Assembly: GCA_043803765.1 (NCBI GenBank)
Contig: JAZDJQ010000018.1
Span: 1-64,000 of the forward strand
DNA length: 64,000 nucleotides
Direction of reading: 5' to 3'
DNA from: Candidatus Iainarchaeum sp.
GTDB taxonomy: Archaea; Iainarchaeota; Iainarchaeia; Iainarchaeales; VGJJ01
Below the pieces are notes generated by a model. It ran no database searches, had not been told where the DNA came from, and saw only the letters and a list, made by a program, of their open reading frames with translations. This document shows positions 18,587 through 28,035 of the stretch, one piece after another (position 1 is the first letter of the stretch; the number at the start of each line of letters is the position of its first letter). The position numbers and the translations under genes are program-made.

Positions 18587-18590
18587 CAAA

Positions 18591-18674
18591 TGCAGGAGAC
18601 AGGATTCGAACCTGCGAAGGCACTAAGCCACCAGATCTTGAGTCTGGCCCCTTTGACCGCTTGGGTACTCCTGC
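18591..18674 (-). tRNA. tRNA-Leu(CAA)
   Basis: GCAGGAG/CTCCTGC acceptor stem, anticodon loop CTCAAGA, variable arm, GGTTCGAATCC. Confidence 0.95.
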
Positions 18675-18717
18675 GAGAGCAAAGGAAAATGGGCGTGGAA
18701 GGGTTAAAAAAACGCCC

Positions 18718-19566
18718 TTATTTAGCATGCAAGTCCAACCATGATAGAATTTCCTCGAAAACGATTTCAGGGGATTGTATGGAAGAATCGAACAACTGCG
18801 TCCCATGGGATTTTCCCTCTTTCAAAACGAGCTGCTTGTCTGTAAGAGGGGAAGAAGAAAAAATCGTCTGGGAGGAATTGAAAGAATACGCATCCCCTTT
18901 GCTTGCCATGATGAGCATGGGAACCGTTGAAAAGCTCATGCTTTCCTTAACATCAATCCCCTTGTAGTTTAGTCCAGGGGAAAGAAGCACGATTCCTTTC
19001 GTTTCAGGATGAGATGCGGAATAATTCAATGCCGAATTCGCCCCAATGCTCGCGCCAATAACAAAAATAGTTTCCGCATTCAGAATTTTTTTTGCTTGAG
19101 TAATATCTTTCGCTATTTTTTTGAAATCGTCATCAGTAAAAGAAGATGCATCAACGGAATGACCTATTTTTTGAGTCGATTCTCCAAATCCGCGCAAATC
19201 AAAAGCATACACCCGATAAGAATAATGTTGAGAAGCATACTCGGCAAATGATTGATAATCAAAACGATCGCTTGCAAATTGATGCAGGGCAATAATCACG
19301 GGCTTCTCCGTATTACCATTCAGGGAAGAAGGACAATCCCATACTGTTCCCTTTATACGAAAACCATCTACCGTGTCAAAATCCAATTCAGTCGAATCAC
19401 ATTGCAGTCTGCCCATCGCATTTTCCTCCATCGATTGAGAAGGGGTGTCCGTCACGCATCCCGAAGTGAATAAGAAAAGGAGGAATATAACCATGGCATA
19501 TAGCAGATTGACTGATACGAAGTGAGAGGACGAAGAAGGTGAATCGGATACTACCAAAGAGGACAT
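18718..19566 (-). CDS. Alpha/beta hydrolase, probably membrane-anchored/lipoprotein
   Basis: FDLRGFGES, GASIG nucleophile elbow, HG near the C-terminus; FLFTSGC; start uncertain. Confidence 0.85.
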   Translation of the reverse strand: MSSLVVSDSPSSSSHFVSVNLLYAMVIFLLFLFTSGCVTDTPSQSMEENAMGRLQCDSTELDFDTVDGFRIKGTVWDCPSSLNGNTEKPVIIALHQFASDRFDYQSFAEYASQHYSYRVYAFDLRGFGESTQKIGHSVDASSFTDDDFKKIAKDITQAKKILNAETIFVIGASIGANSALNYSASHPETKGIVLLSPGLNYKGIDVKESMSFSTVPMLIMASKGDAYSFNSSQTIFSSSPLTDKQLVLKEGKSHGTQLFDSSIQSPEIVFEEILSWLDLHAK

Positions 19567-19630
19567 ACCTAAACAATAGCAGAAATATCTTTTAAGGCGC
19601 ACTTGGGTAAATAATGAGAAAAAGGAAAGA

Positions 19631-20299
19631 ATGAATCCTATGAAAAAGGAAAAAAGAATGGAAGAAAATTGGGGCAAAATGTTGAGTGTTTTGAAAAAAG
19701 AATACACTTGGTCTCGCATCGGACTTACGGGATGGAAAAATCCATTCGAATTAACCATTGCTACGATACTTTCAGCACAATGCACGGATGCACGAGTGAA
19801 CATTGTTACACGAAAACTATTCAAAAAATACAGAAAACCGAATGATTATTTGAAAGTACAGCCGTTTGAGTTGGAAAAAGATATTCGTTCAACTGGGTTT
19901 TACAAAAACAAGGCAAAAAATATTAGAGGGTTTTGTGAAAACATCGTGAAACACCATCATGGAAAAGTCCCTAACAGCATGGAAGAACTGATCAAGCTGC
20001 CCGGAATCGGAAGAAAGACGGCAAATATTGTATTGAACGCAGGATTTGGAAAAAATGAAGGAATTGCAGTGGATACGCATGTTTTTCGTGTATCACGAAG
20101 ATTGGGATTGGCAAAAGGAAACACTCCGGAGAAAGTAGAAAAGGAATTAATGAAAATAGTGGGAAAAAAAGAATGGGGAATGATTACAAATTATTTGATT
20201 GCACATGGAAGAAAAATATGCGATGCGAGGAAACCAAAATGTTCTATTTGTCCATTAGTAAAATACTGCCCGCGCATTGGAGTGGTGAAAAGCGCATGA
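19631..20299 (+). CDS. nth: Endonuclease III
   Basis: LSAQCTD, LPGIGRKTAN, VDTHVFR, C-x6-C-x2-C-x5-C. Confidence 0.95.
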   Translation: MNPMKKEKRMEENWGKMLSVLKKEYTWSRIGLTGWKNPFELTIATILSAQCTDARVNIVTRKLFKKYRKPNDYLKVQPFELEKDIRSTGFYKNKAKNIRGFCENIVKHHHGKVPNSMEELIKLPGIGRKTANIVLNAGFGKNEGIAVDTHVFRVSRRLGLAKGNTPEKVEKELMKIVGKKEWGMITNYLIAHGRKICDARKPKCSICPLVKYCPRIGVVKSA

Positions 20300-22014
20300 A
20301 CATTAACCAGGAAATCGCATCCATTTTCTATGAGATGGCCGACTTGCTTGATATTTTAGGAGTCGAATGGAAACCCATCGCTTTCCGCAAAGCCGCACGC
20401 ACGATTGAAACATACTCAAAACCTATTGAAGAATTGGTAAAGAAAAAAGGAATTAAGGGTGTAATGGAACTGCCGGGAATTGGAGAGGGAATAGGGAAAA
20501 AAATAATCGAATACGTGGAAACGGGAAAAATAAAGGAATATGGAGAATTGAAAAAGAAAATACCGCACGGAGTAGAAGAAATGTTGAATGTCCCGGGATT
20601 GGGGCCAAAAAAAGCAGCCCAATTGTACAAAAAATTGAAAATTGACTCGATTGAAAAACTAGAAAAAGCAGTGAAAGGAGAAAAAATAAGAACGTTGAGC
20701 GGATTTGGAGAAAAAAGCGAAGGAGATATTCTCACGGGATTGGCAATCGTGAAAAAAGGAATGGAACGAAAACCGATAGGAATGATTTTACCCTACGCAC
20801 GCAGTATTGTAGATGAAATAAAGAAAATTCAAGGAGTCACGGATGCAGAATTAGCGGGAAGTTTACGAAGAAGAAAAGAAACAGTCAAAGATATGGACAT
20901 CGTGGTGTTTACTCAAAACCCTGAAAAGGTATCCAAACAATTAACCAAACTAAGAGAAGCAAAAACCGTAATCCGAATAGGAGAAAAAATGACAAGCGTG
21001 CGATTCAATAATGGATTGCAATCGGATATGAGAATGCTTTCCCCCGAATTATATGGAAGCGGAATGGTGCACTTCACGGGAAGCAAAGAACATGGAATCG
21101 CATTGAGAGAAAGAGCCATCAAAATGGGAATGAAATTCTCAGAGTATGGGTTAATGAAAGGAAAAAAAATAATTGCAAGCAAAAAAGAAGAAGACGTATA
21201 CAAGGGAATTAAATTGCCATTTATCCCCCCCGAATTAAGAGAGAATGATGGAGAAATAGAAGCAGGAGAAAAAGGAGAACTTCCCTCATTGGTAGAATAT
21301 AATGAGATTAAGGGAGACGTGCACGTTCATACCAATTGGGACGATGGAAGGAATACTACGGAAGAGATGGTGAAAAAGGCCATTTCACTCGGATATGAGT
21401 ATGTCGCACTAACGGACCACTCACCAAGCGACATCATAGCAAACGGATTGAGTGAGAAGAGAATAATGAAACACTGGAAGGAAATAGAACAGCTCCAAAA
21501 AAAATACCCTAAAATTAACATCCTGAAAGGATCCGAAGTTGCCATACTCAAAAGCGGGAAACTGGATTTTCCGGATAGAATACTCAAGGAGTTAGATATC
21601 GTGATTGCGAGCATTCATTCGGGTTTTAAGAATGATACCCAAACGATGACAAAACGCATCACCAACGCATTAGAAAATGAATATGTTCATTTCATGGGAC
21701 ACCCAACCGGGAGACTAATTAACAAACGCAACGCGTATGCATTTGAATTAGAAAAAGTGTTAACCACTGCTGAAAAAAATAGAAAAGGAATGGAAATTAA
21801 CGCACAACCATACCGGATGGACTTAAACGCACAACATGTTAAGGAATGCATACGAAGAAAAATACCCTTATTCATTAACACGGATTCCCATTCAGCCGAA
21901 GAAATGGATTACATGACGTTGGGAATAGGGCAGGCACGGAGAGGGTGGGCAGAGAAGAAAGATATTGTAAATAGTCTCCTTTGGAAATCATTTCAGAAAA
22001 AAATAAAACGATAA
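20296..22014 (+). CDS. polX: DNA polymerase X with PHP domain
   Basis: GSLRR, DMD, HFTGS, HVHT..DG, TDH, DSH; ATGA overlap with nth. Confidence 0.93.
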   Translation: MNINQEIASIFYEMADLLDILGVEWKPIAFRKAARTIETYSKPIEELVKKKGIKGVMELPGIGEGIGKKIIEYVETGKIKEYGELKKKIPHGVEEMLNVPGLGPKKAAQLYKKLKIDSIEKLEKAVKGEKIRTLSGFGEKSEGDILTGLAIVKKGMERKPIGMILPYARSIVDEIKKIQGVTDAELAGSLRRRKETVKDMDIVVFTQNPEKVSKQLTKLREAKTVIRIGEKMTSVRFNNGLQSDMRMLSPELYGSGMVHFTGSKEHGIALRERAIKMGMKFSEYGLMKGKKIIASKKEEDVYKGIKLPFIPPELRENDGEIEAGEKGELPSLVEYNEIKGDVHVHTNWDDGRNTTEEMVKKAISLGYEYVALTDHSPSDIIANGLSEKRIMKHWKEIEQLQKKYPKINILKGSEVAILKSGKLDFPDRILKELDIVIASIHSGFKNDTQTMTKRITNALENEYVHFMGHPTGRLINKRNAYAFELEKVLTTAEKNRKGMEINAQPYRMDLNAQHVKECIRRKIPLFINTDSHSAEEMDYMTLGIGQARRGWAEKKDIVNSLLWKSFQKKIKR

Positions 22015-22168
22015 AAAAAATATTTTTGATTGAATAAAGAGTTTGATTGTTTTTTTTTAATTATTATTTTTGATTGATGGAAAATTTTCAAGCAGTTGAT
22101 ATGTAGCATGAAGAAAAACGAATATTTATAAGCGAAACGAAGGGAGTTCAGAACCTCGCTGAATAAAC

Positions 22169-22264
22169 TATAGCAAAAAGCCTACGTATTTGAACAATTT
22201 AATGGGCTTTTTGCATATAGCAAACCGTTCGAAAAAAGTTCAAAAATTAAAACGGTTTGCTATA
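22169..22264. mobile_element. 96-bp MITE-like palindromic repeat, copy A
   Basis: TATAGCAAA...TTTGCTATA termini; 90/96 identical to 38779-38874. Confidence 0.75.
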
Positions 22265-22286
22265 TTCTTATGACGAGGTATCGAGC

Positions 22287-23093
22287 ATGTTATCCATCAC
22301 CACTATTCAAACATTCCATGAAAATCTTGAACAACTGAGCAATGAGTTGAAAGAAAGACTCATCGAAAGTGAACACCCTGCCGTAGACAAAAAAGTAGAG
22401 ATGTCCATTCTTGGATTAGAACACTTGCTGTTTAACCACCCGTTTACTCCAATACAAGAGAAAACACTCATGAAGATTGACTCCATTATTCAATTAGCGG
22501 CTATTACCCGGGAAGCCTATGCGTATTATGAAAAAGACATGGAACGAACCCACGCGCAGGAAATGTTAACAATGAATACGACGGAGGTCACACTCACTCA
22601 ACCGTTATTGAGAAGAAAATATTCCCTCCTCAACCGAGAAGCACACCTTGCGCACGTGAAACCAATGGAACGCGCAGTGGTATTAGGCAGCGGGGCATTC
22701 CCCATCACTTCGATTACATTAGCCAGACGATTTGGTGCATTTGTAAGCGTATATGAAACGAATGAAGTGAATCAGCAAATAGGAAACGAAGTTATTCAAA
22801 AAATTGGATTGCATCCAAAAGTACGTTTTATTCAACAAAAAGAAATTGCCGCCCACCTACAAAAGGCGGATGCCGTATGGTTAGGAATGCGATTAGAGGA
22901 AAAAAGAAAATGCTTAGAAGAAATAGCCCCTATTTTGTCCCCCGGGACACGCATTGTGTGCCGAACCGTATACGGGCTGCGCACACTAATCCACGAGCAT
23001 GTTTCAACAAAGGGATTGACTCATTATACTAAAATCGGAACGATTCACCCAAGAAAAATGGAATTGGAAAGCAGTGAATTATTCATTCGTTAA
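22287..23093 (+). CDS. Nicotianamine synthase-like SAM-dependent protein
   Basis: KYSLLNREA...ERAVVLGSGAFPITSI, RT..GLR motifs. Confidence 0.7.
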   Translation: MLSITTIQTFHENLEQLSNELKERLIESEHPAVDKKVEMSILGLEHLLFNHPFTPIQEKTLMKIDSIIQLAAITREAYAYYEKDMERTHAQEMLTMNTTEVTLTQPLLRRKYSLLNREAHLAHVKPMERAVVLGSGAFPITSITLARRFGAFVSVYETNEVNQQIGNEVIQKIGLHPKVRFIQQKEIAAHLQKADAVWLGMRLEEKRKCLEEIAPILSPGTRIVCRTVYGLRTLIHEHVSTKGLTHYTKIGTIHPRKMELESSELFIR

Positions 23094-24172
23094 CCAAAAT
23101 CAAAAAGACGCTTTTGTTTAGGAATAGAAGCAAAACCATCCACTCGAATACCAATGCGTCTAAAAGAAAAAGAAGAAGAATCACATAATTCCATACCGAG
23201 AGATTCGACCTCTTGCATGAACTGCTCCCGAGTCGCACAAGGAACAACAAGGGATTTTGATTTAGATAATGGAACAAGATGAGAAGTAATGCCGTGCACA
23301 CTTACATGAGTAAAAAACTGTCCTTTTGATGCCGTAGTTGCCCATATTTCCTCACAAAGAAGTAAAACAAATTGTTTGATTTCACCCCACTCGGACATAT
23401 CATAAGGAAGCGTGCAGATACGGGAATGTTGTTTTTTCTCTTTGCTTGTTTGCAGTGGAGACTCATCGATTCCTCTGGAAGAGGCAAGGAGGTATTCTCC
23501 TTTTGCTTTTCCAACACAACGTATTAATTCGGATAAAGGAGTATGCCGAATATCAAGAATAGTATGAATGCCTTTCTCTTCTAACAATTCTTTCATTTTA
23601 GGACCAACCCCCATGAGGGACTTTATGGGAAGAGGGTCAAGGAATAAAGTAACATTTTCAGGCAACACCGAGGTAAGACCGGAAGGTTTTTGAAAATCGG
23701 AAGCTATTTTGGCAACCCGTTTATTTGGAGCAATTCCAATAGAACAAGTGAGTTGTGTTTCCTTCACTACACTTGACTGAAAATCCTGCATTTTTTTTTG
23801 AGCGACGGAATAATCACCCTTACAAGTAGTTGTTAATTCAGCATAGGCCTCGTCAATGCTTGCTAGTTCAATCCCATCCGTGTATGAAACAAGACGCGTG
23901 AATAATTCGTCCGATACCCGCATGTATTTTTCATGATTTACGGGAACAAATCGGCCGTCCGGACAAAGGGTTTGCGCATGCGCAATGGGCATACCGGCCT
24001 TCACTCCATATTTTCGCGCATCATAGCACGCGGAACTCACTACACCACTAGTGGGAGTACGTCCTGAATACACGCAAACAATAACAGGAGTATTCCATTC
24101 GGGGTGGTCTCGTTTCTCAATGGAAGCAAAGAAAGCATCCATATCAACATGCGCAATAATACGAGAAGGCAT
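23090..24172 (-). CDS. dinB: Y-family DNA polymerase IV (DinB/Dpo4)
   Basis: HVDMDAFFASIE, SIDEA, AKIASDFQKP. Confidence 0.93.
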   Translation of the reverse strand: MPSRIIAHVDMDAFFASIEKRDHPEWNTPVIVCVYSGRTPTSGVVSSACYDARKYGVKAGMPIAHAQTLCPDGRFVPVNHEKYMRVSDELFTRLVSYTDGIELASIDEAYAELTTTCKGDYSVAQKKMQDFQSSVVKETQLTCSIGIAPNKRVAKIASDFQKPSGLTSVLPENVTLFLDPLPIKSLMGVGPKMKELLEEKGIHTILDIRHTPLSELIRCVGKAKGEYLLASSRGIDESPLQTSKEKKQHSRICTLPYDMSEWGEIKQFVLLLCEEIWATTASKGQFFTHVSVHGITSHLVPLSKSKSLVVPCATREQFMQEVESLGMELCDSSSFSFRRIGIRVDGFASIPKQKRLFDFG

Positions 24173-24242
24173 CGAACAACTATCATTCTTATAAGCCCAA
24201 AAACCTATGCATGGTACGTTGAGGAATAGGAGGAATGCAAGG

Positions 24243-24569
24243 ATGGTACAAGTATTGACGAGTCAAACATTTGAAGAGAAAATACTAAAGGAGAAGAAGC
24301 CCATGATTGTTGATTTCTGGGCAGCGTGGTGCGGACCGTGCCGAATGCTAGCACCCGTTTTTGAGGAATTGGAAAAAGAATTTGAAGGAAAAATAGGGTT
24401 TGGCAAAATCAATATTGATGAAAACACAGATATTGCGTCACAGATGAGTATTTCGAGCATTCCATGCATGGTTTTTTTTTCAAAAGGAAAAGAAGTCGGA
24501 CGCATGGTGGGGATGATGCCCAAAAGTGAACTCAAGAAACAGATTTCCGACCACTTGAAACACGCATAA
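24243..24569 (+). CDS. trxA: Thioredoxin
   Basis: DFWAAWCGPC, SIP. Confidence 0.95.
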   Translation: MVQVLTSQTFEEKILKEKKPMIVDFWAAWCGPCRMLAPVFEELEKEFEGKIGFGKINIDENTDIASQMSISSIPCMVFFSKGKEVGRMVGMMPKSELKKQISDHLKHA

Positions 24570-24903
24570 TTTTTCTACGAGAATTAGTCTTTTTCTTCGC
24601 TTTGGAGGATGGAGTCATCCTGCCGAGAGAAGGGTATGCATTTACCGTAGGGTATTTTTTTGGATTGATTTTATGCAACAAACGAGTAGGGGCAATTCGA
24701 ACACGGTAACAAAAAATACGGGGAAACAACTTGAGGGAAGTAAGAGTTGTTTTGAAAATAATCCGAAGCGAAGGAATTTTCCCAGTGCGGTTAAACCAGT
24801 AAATGGCAACGGACAAAAAAACGGTGAGAAAAAAGATGAATAAAAAATGAATAATCGTCCCAAATATATCAGGGGTAATGCTTGGGGAAAGGGAAAGGGC
24901 CAT
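24532..24903 (-). CDS. Small hypothetical membrane protein
   Basis: One hydrophobic helix and a basic tail; fills the gap between genes. Confidence 0.45.
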   Translation of the reverse strand: MALSLSPSITPDIFGTIIHFLFIFFLTVFLSVAIYWFNRTGKIPSLRIIFKTTLTSLKLFPRIFCYRVRIAPTRLLHKINPKKYPTVNAYPSLGRMTPSSKAKKKTNSRRKIMRVSSGRKSVS

Positions 24904-24941
24904 ACAGTGGTTTGTACGAAGCGCGCAATATAAACCCTGCT

Positions 24942-25700
24942 TTATGCCAGGGGGACGCTTAGGAGCGATCCAATAACATATCCGATGAGCGCGGCACCCG
25001 TTCCAATGATCGCCAATTCAGCACCGGAACGCCACCACTCCGTTTTAGTGTAATGCCCTTTGAGGGCCCCTGCAATGAATAATACGATTAAGGAAAATAG
25101 AACTGTGACCCCCATTGCAAAAGAAACAGGGAAGAAAAAAAATGGAAGGATAGGAAATAATGCACCAATGAGAGCAGCAATCGTCACAATAATGGCGGAT
25201 TGAAGGGGTGTTTCGTTGGAATTCTGAAGATGAAGCTCATCCGCCAGCATCACCTGCAGCCAGCGATCACGATTCGCCGTAAGCTTCTGCACGATCATTT
25301 CCAACTGCTTCCCTCGAAATCCTTTCCCAAAATAAATACGACGAACCTCATCGCGTTCCTCTTCCGGGTCCTCCTCTATTTCCTTCAATTCGTGCTTTTT
25401 TTCACGTGCAAGAAATTCAATGGAAGCCTTGCTCGAAGTATAGGCAACAGCACCCATCGAAATCCCCTCGGCAAACATGGCAGCTAGTCCTGCCACAACT
25501 ACAATACGCGTGTCCTGCGTTGCCGCCGCCACACCTAAAACTAAACCCAACACATTCACTAAACCATCTTGCCCGCCTAAAATGAGGTCACGCAGCCATT
25601 CCCCATTCACTAATGAATTGGAAGAATGTTCATTCCGCTGATGCGCCACCCTTCTACTGCGGGAAAGAATCCTCGTTTTCTTTTTTTTGGAAATGGGCAT
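24942..25700 (-). CDS. VIT1/CCC1-family metal transporter
   Basis: ILGGQDGLV, GISMGAVAY, EERDE. Confidence 0.9.
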   Translation of the reverse strand: MPISKKKKTRILSRSRRVAHQRNEHSSNSLVNGEWLRDLILGGQDGLVNVLGLVLGVAAATQDTRIVVVAGLAAMFAEGISMGAVAYTSSKASIEFLAREKKHELKEIEEDPEEERDEVRRIYFGKGFRGKQLEMIVQKLTANRDRWLQVMLADELHLQNSNETPLQSAIIVTIAALIGALFPILPFFFFPVSFAMGVTVLFSLIVLFIAGALKGHYTKTEWWRSGAELAIIGTGAALIGYVIGSLLSVPLA

Positions 25701-25728
25701 ACTGTGAAAGGAAAAAAAAGCAGACTAT

Positions 25729-26547
25729 TTAATGATGAGGGAGTTCCCTTCCATTTTGTGCACGCGGGCTTGTTTCATCGAGAAGAGTCGAGATAAAAAT
25801 TTCCCCGAAAAGAGATTCCTGCCACGCATTAAGTTTTCCATCATTCATTAAAAATAATAATGCCAGGAAGGATTCTATTACTTCTTTAGTGCTGCGACCT
25901 TCCATCATACTCGAGAAACGAGACAACCCCACTTCATCCGAAAAATGATGAGCAAGGTCATAGAGTTCTTTCATTTTTTCCTCCAAATTCATTGATGCAA
26001 AAGGAAGACTAAACACGGGCCGGTCTCTTCCATCCCGCTCGCGCTGAATCCTAGTCTTAGTCTTCTCAAGAATGGACTCAATACTTTCAACAAGCTGGTC
26101 AAGCGTCACTTTCCCTTCACGCGTAAGAATAGGAGACATGAGCTCGGGCATCATCCCGCCCAATAATTGCTCTTCCGTAAGAAGGGCTTTCCATTCCACA
26201 TCATCCGCTTCCTCTAATGAAGGAATGCGCAATGCGCGCGCTTTGAATTTTAGAAGAATAGCACTCGCCAAAATGGCATTCGCGGGGAGACGCAAATCCG
26301 TGCTTTGGAGGGAACGAATACGTTCTAAGTATTTTTGTGCGAGCTCCTTCACATCAATATTCCAAGGATCCATCTTCTCACTTTTAACTAATGAAATAAG
26401 AATGGTTTTCCAAGCAGGCTGGTCAATCAACCCTACTAAGTCATCCGAATTGCGGACGGAAAGGGAAGTATCCACCATCTCAAAAGAAGCATACTCATCC
26501 TCTTCCCCTTCCGAAAAAGAAGACGTTTTTGTTGAAACACGAGACAT
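25729..26547 (-). CDS. scpA: Segregation and condensation protein A (kleisin)
   Basis: MDPWNIDV, ASAILLKFKA, FLALLFL...Q..FGEI. Confidence 0.88.
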   Translation of the reverse strand: MSRVSTKTSSFSEGEEDEYASFEMVDTSLSVRNSDDLVGLIDQPAWKTILISLVKSEKMDPWNIDVKELAQKYLERIRSLQSTDLRLPANAILASAILLKFKARALRIPSLEEADDVEWKALLTEEQLLGGMMPELMSPILTREGKVTLDQLVESIESILEKTKTRIQRERDGRDRPVFSLPFASMNLEEKMKELYDLAHHFSDEVGLSRFSSMMEGRSTKEVIESFLALLFLMNDGKLNAWQESLFGEIFISTLLDETSPRAQNGRELPHH

Positions 26548-26644
26548 GAAGAATGAAAGAAAGGGCGGAATAATTAACCTTTGCCTTACCCCTTCCCTTT
26601 CGGCACACGAAAAAGGTTATTAAGAGAGAAACAATGGGCATCCC

Positions 26645-27376
26645 ATGAAACGTATAACAACGGGAATCCCAGGGTTTGATGACATTACGGAAGGGGGATT
26701 GCCCGAGGGGGCATCCGTGCTCGTAGCAGGAGGACCCGGAGCGGGAAAAACCATTTTTGCCATGCAGTATATCTATGAAGGAGCACGCTCGTATGGAGAA
26801 CCCGGGCTGTATGTAACATTGGAAACAGGATTGAAAGATATTACGTGGAACATGCAGTCCTTTTCATGGGATATTAAAACACTGCAAGACAAAAATTTGA
26901 TGAAAATTTACAGGCTGAACATGACGCGGACACACAATATTGAGGAAGTGGAACAACAAGTTGAAAAAGAACTGGCCATTATCACCAAAATGGTGGATAG
27001 CATTGACGCCAAAAGATTAGTTATTGATTCCATCACCTCATTTGGAGTATGGATTCCCGAACAAGGAATGCTGCGCAACATTATTTTTGAATTTGTGAAT
27101 CGACTCAAAGAGACGGGATGCACGACCATCCTTACGGGAGAAATTCCAGGAGAAGACCGAAACACAATAGGATATCGGTTTTCAGCGGATGGAATGGGAG
27201 AATTTGTTGTGGATGGAGTAGTAGGACTTTATTTTACCCCGCCTAATCGAAGCGTATTCGTACGCAAACTGAGAGGAACGAATCATTCTAAGTCCGTGCA
27301 CACGTTTGAGATTGCAGAGAATGGAATCAAAATAAATTCAAAAGACGAAGTATTGTGGGGAGCATTACGGCAGTGA
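26645..27376 (+). CDS. KaiC/RAD55-like RecA-fold ATPase (single domain)
   Basis: TGIPGFD, GGPGAGKT, LVIDS, RKLRGT. Confidence 0.9.
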   Translation: MKRITTGIPGFDDITEGGLPEGASVLVAGGPGAGKTIFAMQYIYEGARSYGEPGLYVTLETGLKDITWNMQSFSWDIKTLQDKNLMKIYRLNMTRTHNIEEVEQQVEKELAIITKMVDSIDAKRLVIDSITSFGVWIPEQGMLRNIIFEFVNRLKETGCTTILTGEIPGEDRNTIGYRFSADGMGEFVVDGVVGLYFTPPNRSVFVRKLRGTNHSKSVHTFEIAENGIKINSKDEVLWGALRQ

Positions 27377-28018
27377 CTATTTCACAAAATCATCCAGGAT
27401 GATTTTTACCGCCTTTATTACATCCGCATGGATTTCGGCAATTGGACGATTGGCATCAATGATTAGAATGTTTTCATTGGGTAGAAGATGAGGGAGTTGC
27501 AGATACTGGGATTTCACTTTCTCCAAAAATTCCTTTTTCTCAAACTTATCCATTATTTTTCCTGATTTTTCCATACGTTCAACGCATGATTCGGGGGATG
27601 CATTGAAAAACAAGACAATGTCCGGAATGGGAAAGCCCGCATTCACACGAATCGCATGCGATGTAAGAATTCCTTGTGAAGATTGGTATGCAATCGTGCT
27701 GTACTTGTACCGGTCGCATACTACAACATGCTTTTGTGAAAGCAATGGAGCAATAAGGGTATCCACATGCTCTTCCCGATCCAGTACATAAAGTTCAAGC
27801 ATACGGTCCTTCAACATGGAAATTGTTTCCTTGTTTTTTTGACTCAAACGTTCATGAATTTCTTTCGTAAATCGAGTGTTAGAAGGCTCCCGAGTCAAAA
27901 CAACGGTATCAATCGTCTTATAGTTTGAAAAAATCCAATTGGTGAGAAGCTGTGCCTGCGTTGTTTTACCCGACCCGTCGATGCCTTCCACCACGATAAA
28001 AATTCCTTTCTCTGGCAT
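27377..28018 (-). CDS. tmk: Thymidylate kinase
   Basis: EGIDGSGKTTQ, TREP, CDRY..S..AYQ. Confidence 0.93.
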   Translation of the reverse strand: MPEKGIFIVVEGIDGSGKTTQAQLLTNWIFSNYKTIDTVVLTREPSNTRFTKEIHERLSQKNKETISMLKDRMLELYVLDREEHVDTLIAPLLSQKHVVVCDRYKYSTIAYQSSQGILTSHAIRVNAGFPIPDIVLFFNASPESCVERMEKSGKIMDKFEKKEFLEKVKSQYLQLPHLLPNENILIIDANRPIAEIHADVIKAVKIILDDFVK

Positions 28019-28035
28019 ACCCTTTCCGCTCCTAC

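Noticed and set aside
19567-19824. Long head-to-head overlap of the hydrolase with nth, and similar extended starts for polX, adk, nucS, AbiEii and the second KaiC-like gene
   Set aside because: These are longest-ORF artefacts; downstream ATGs give normal family N-termini and remove the overlaps.
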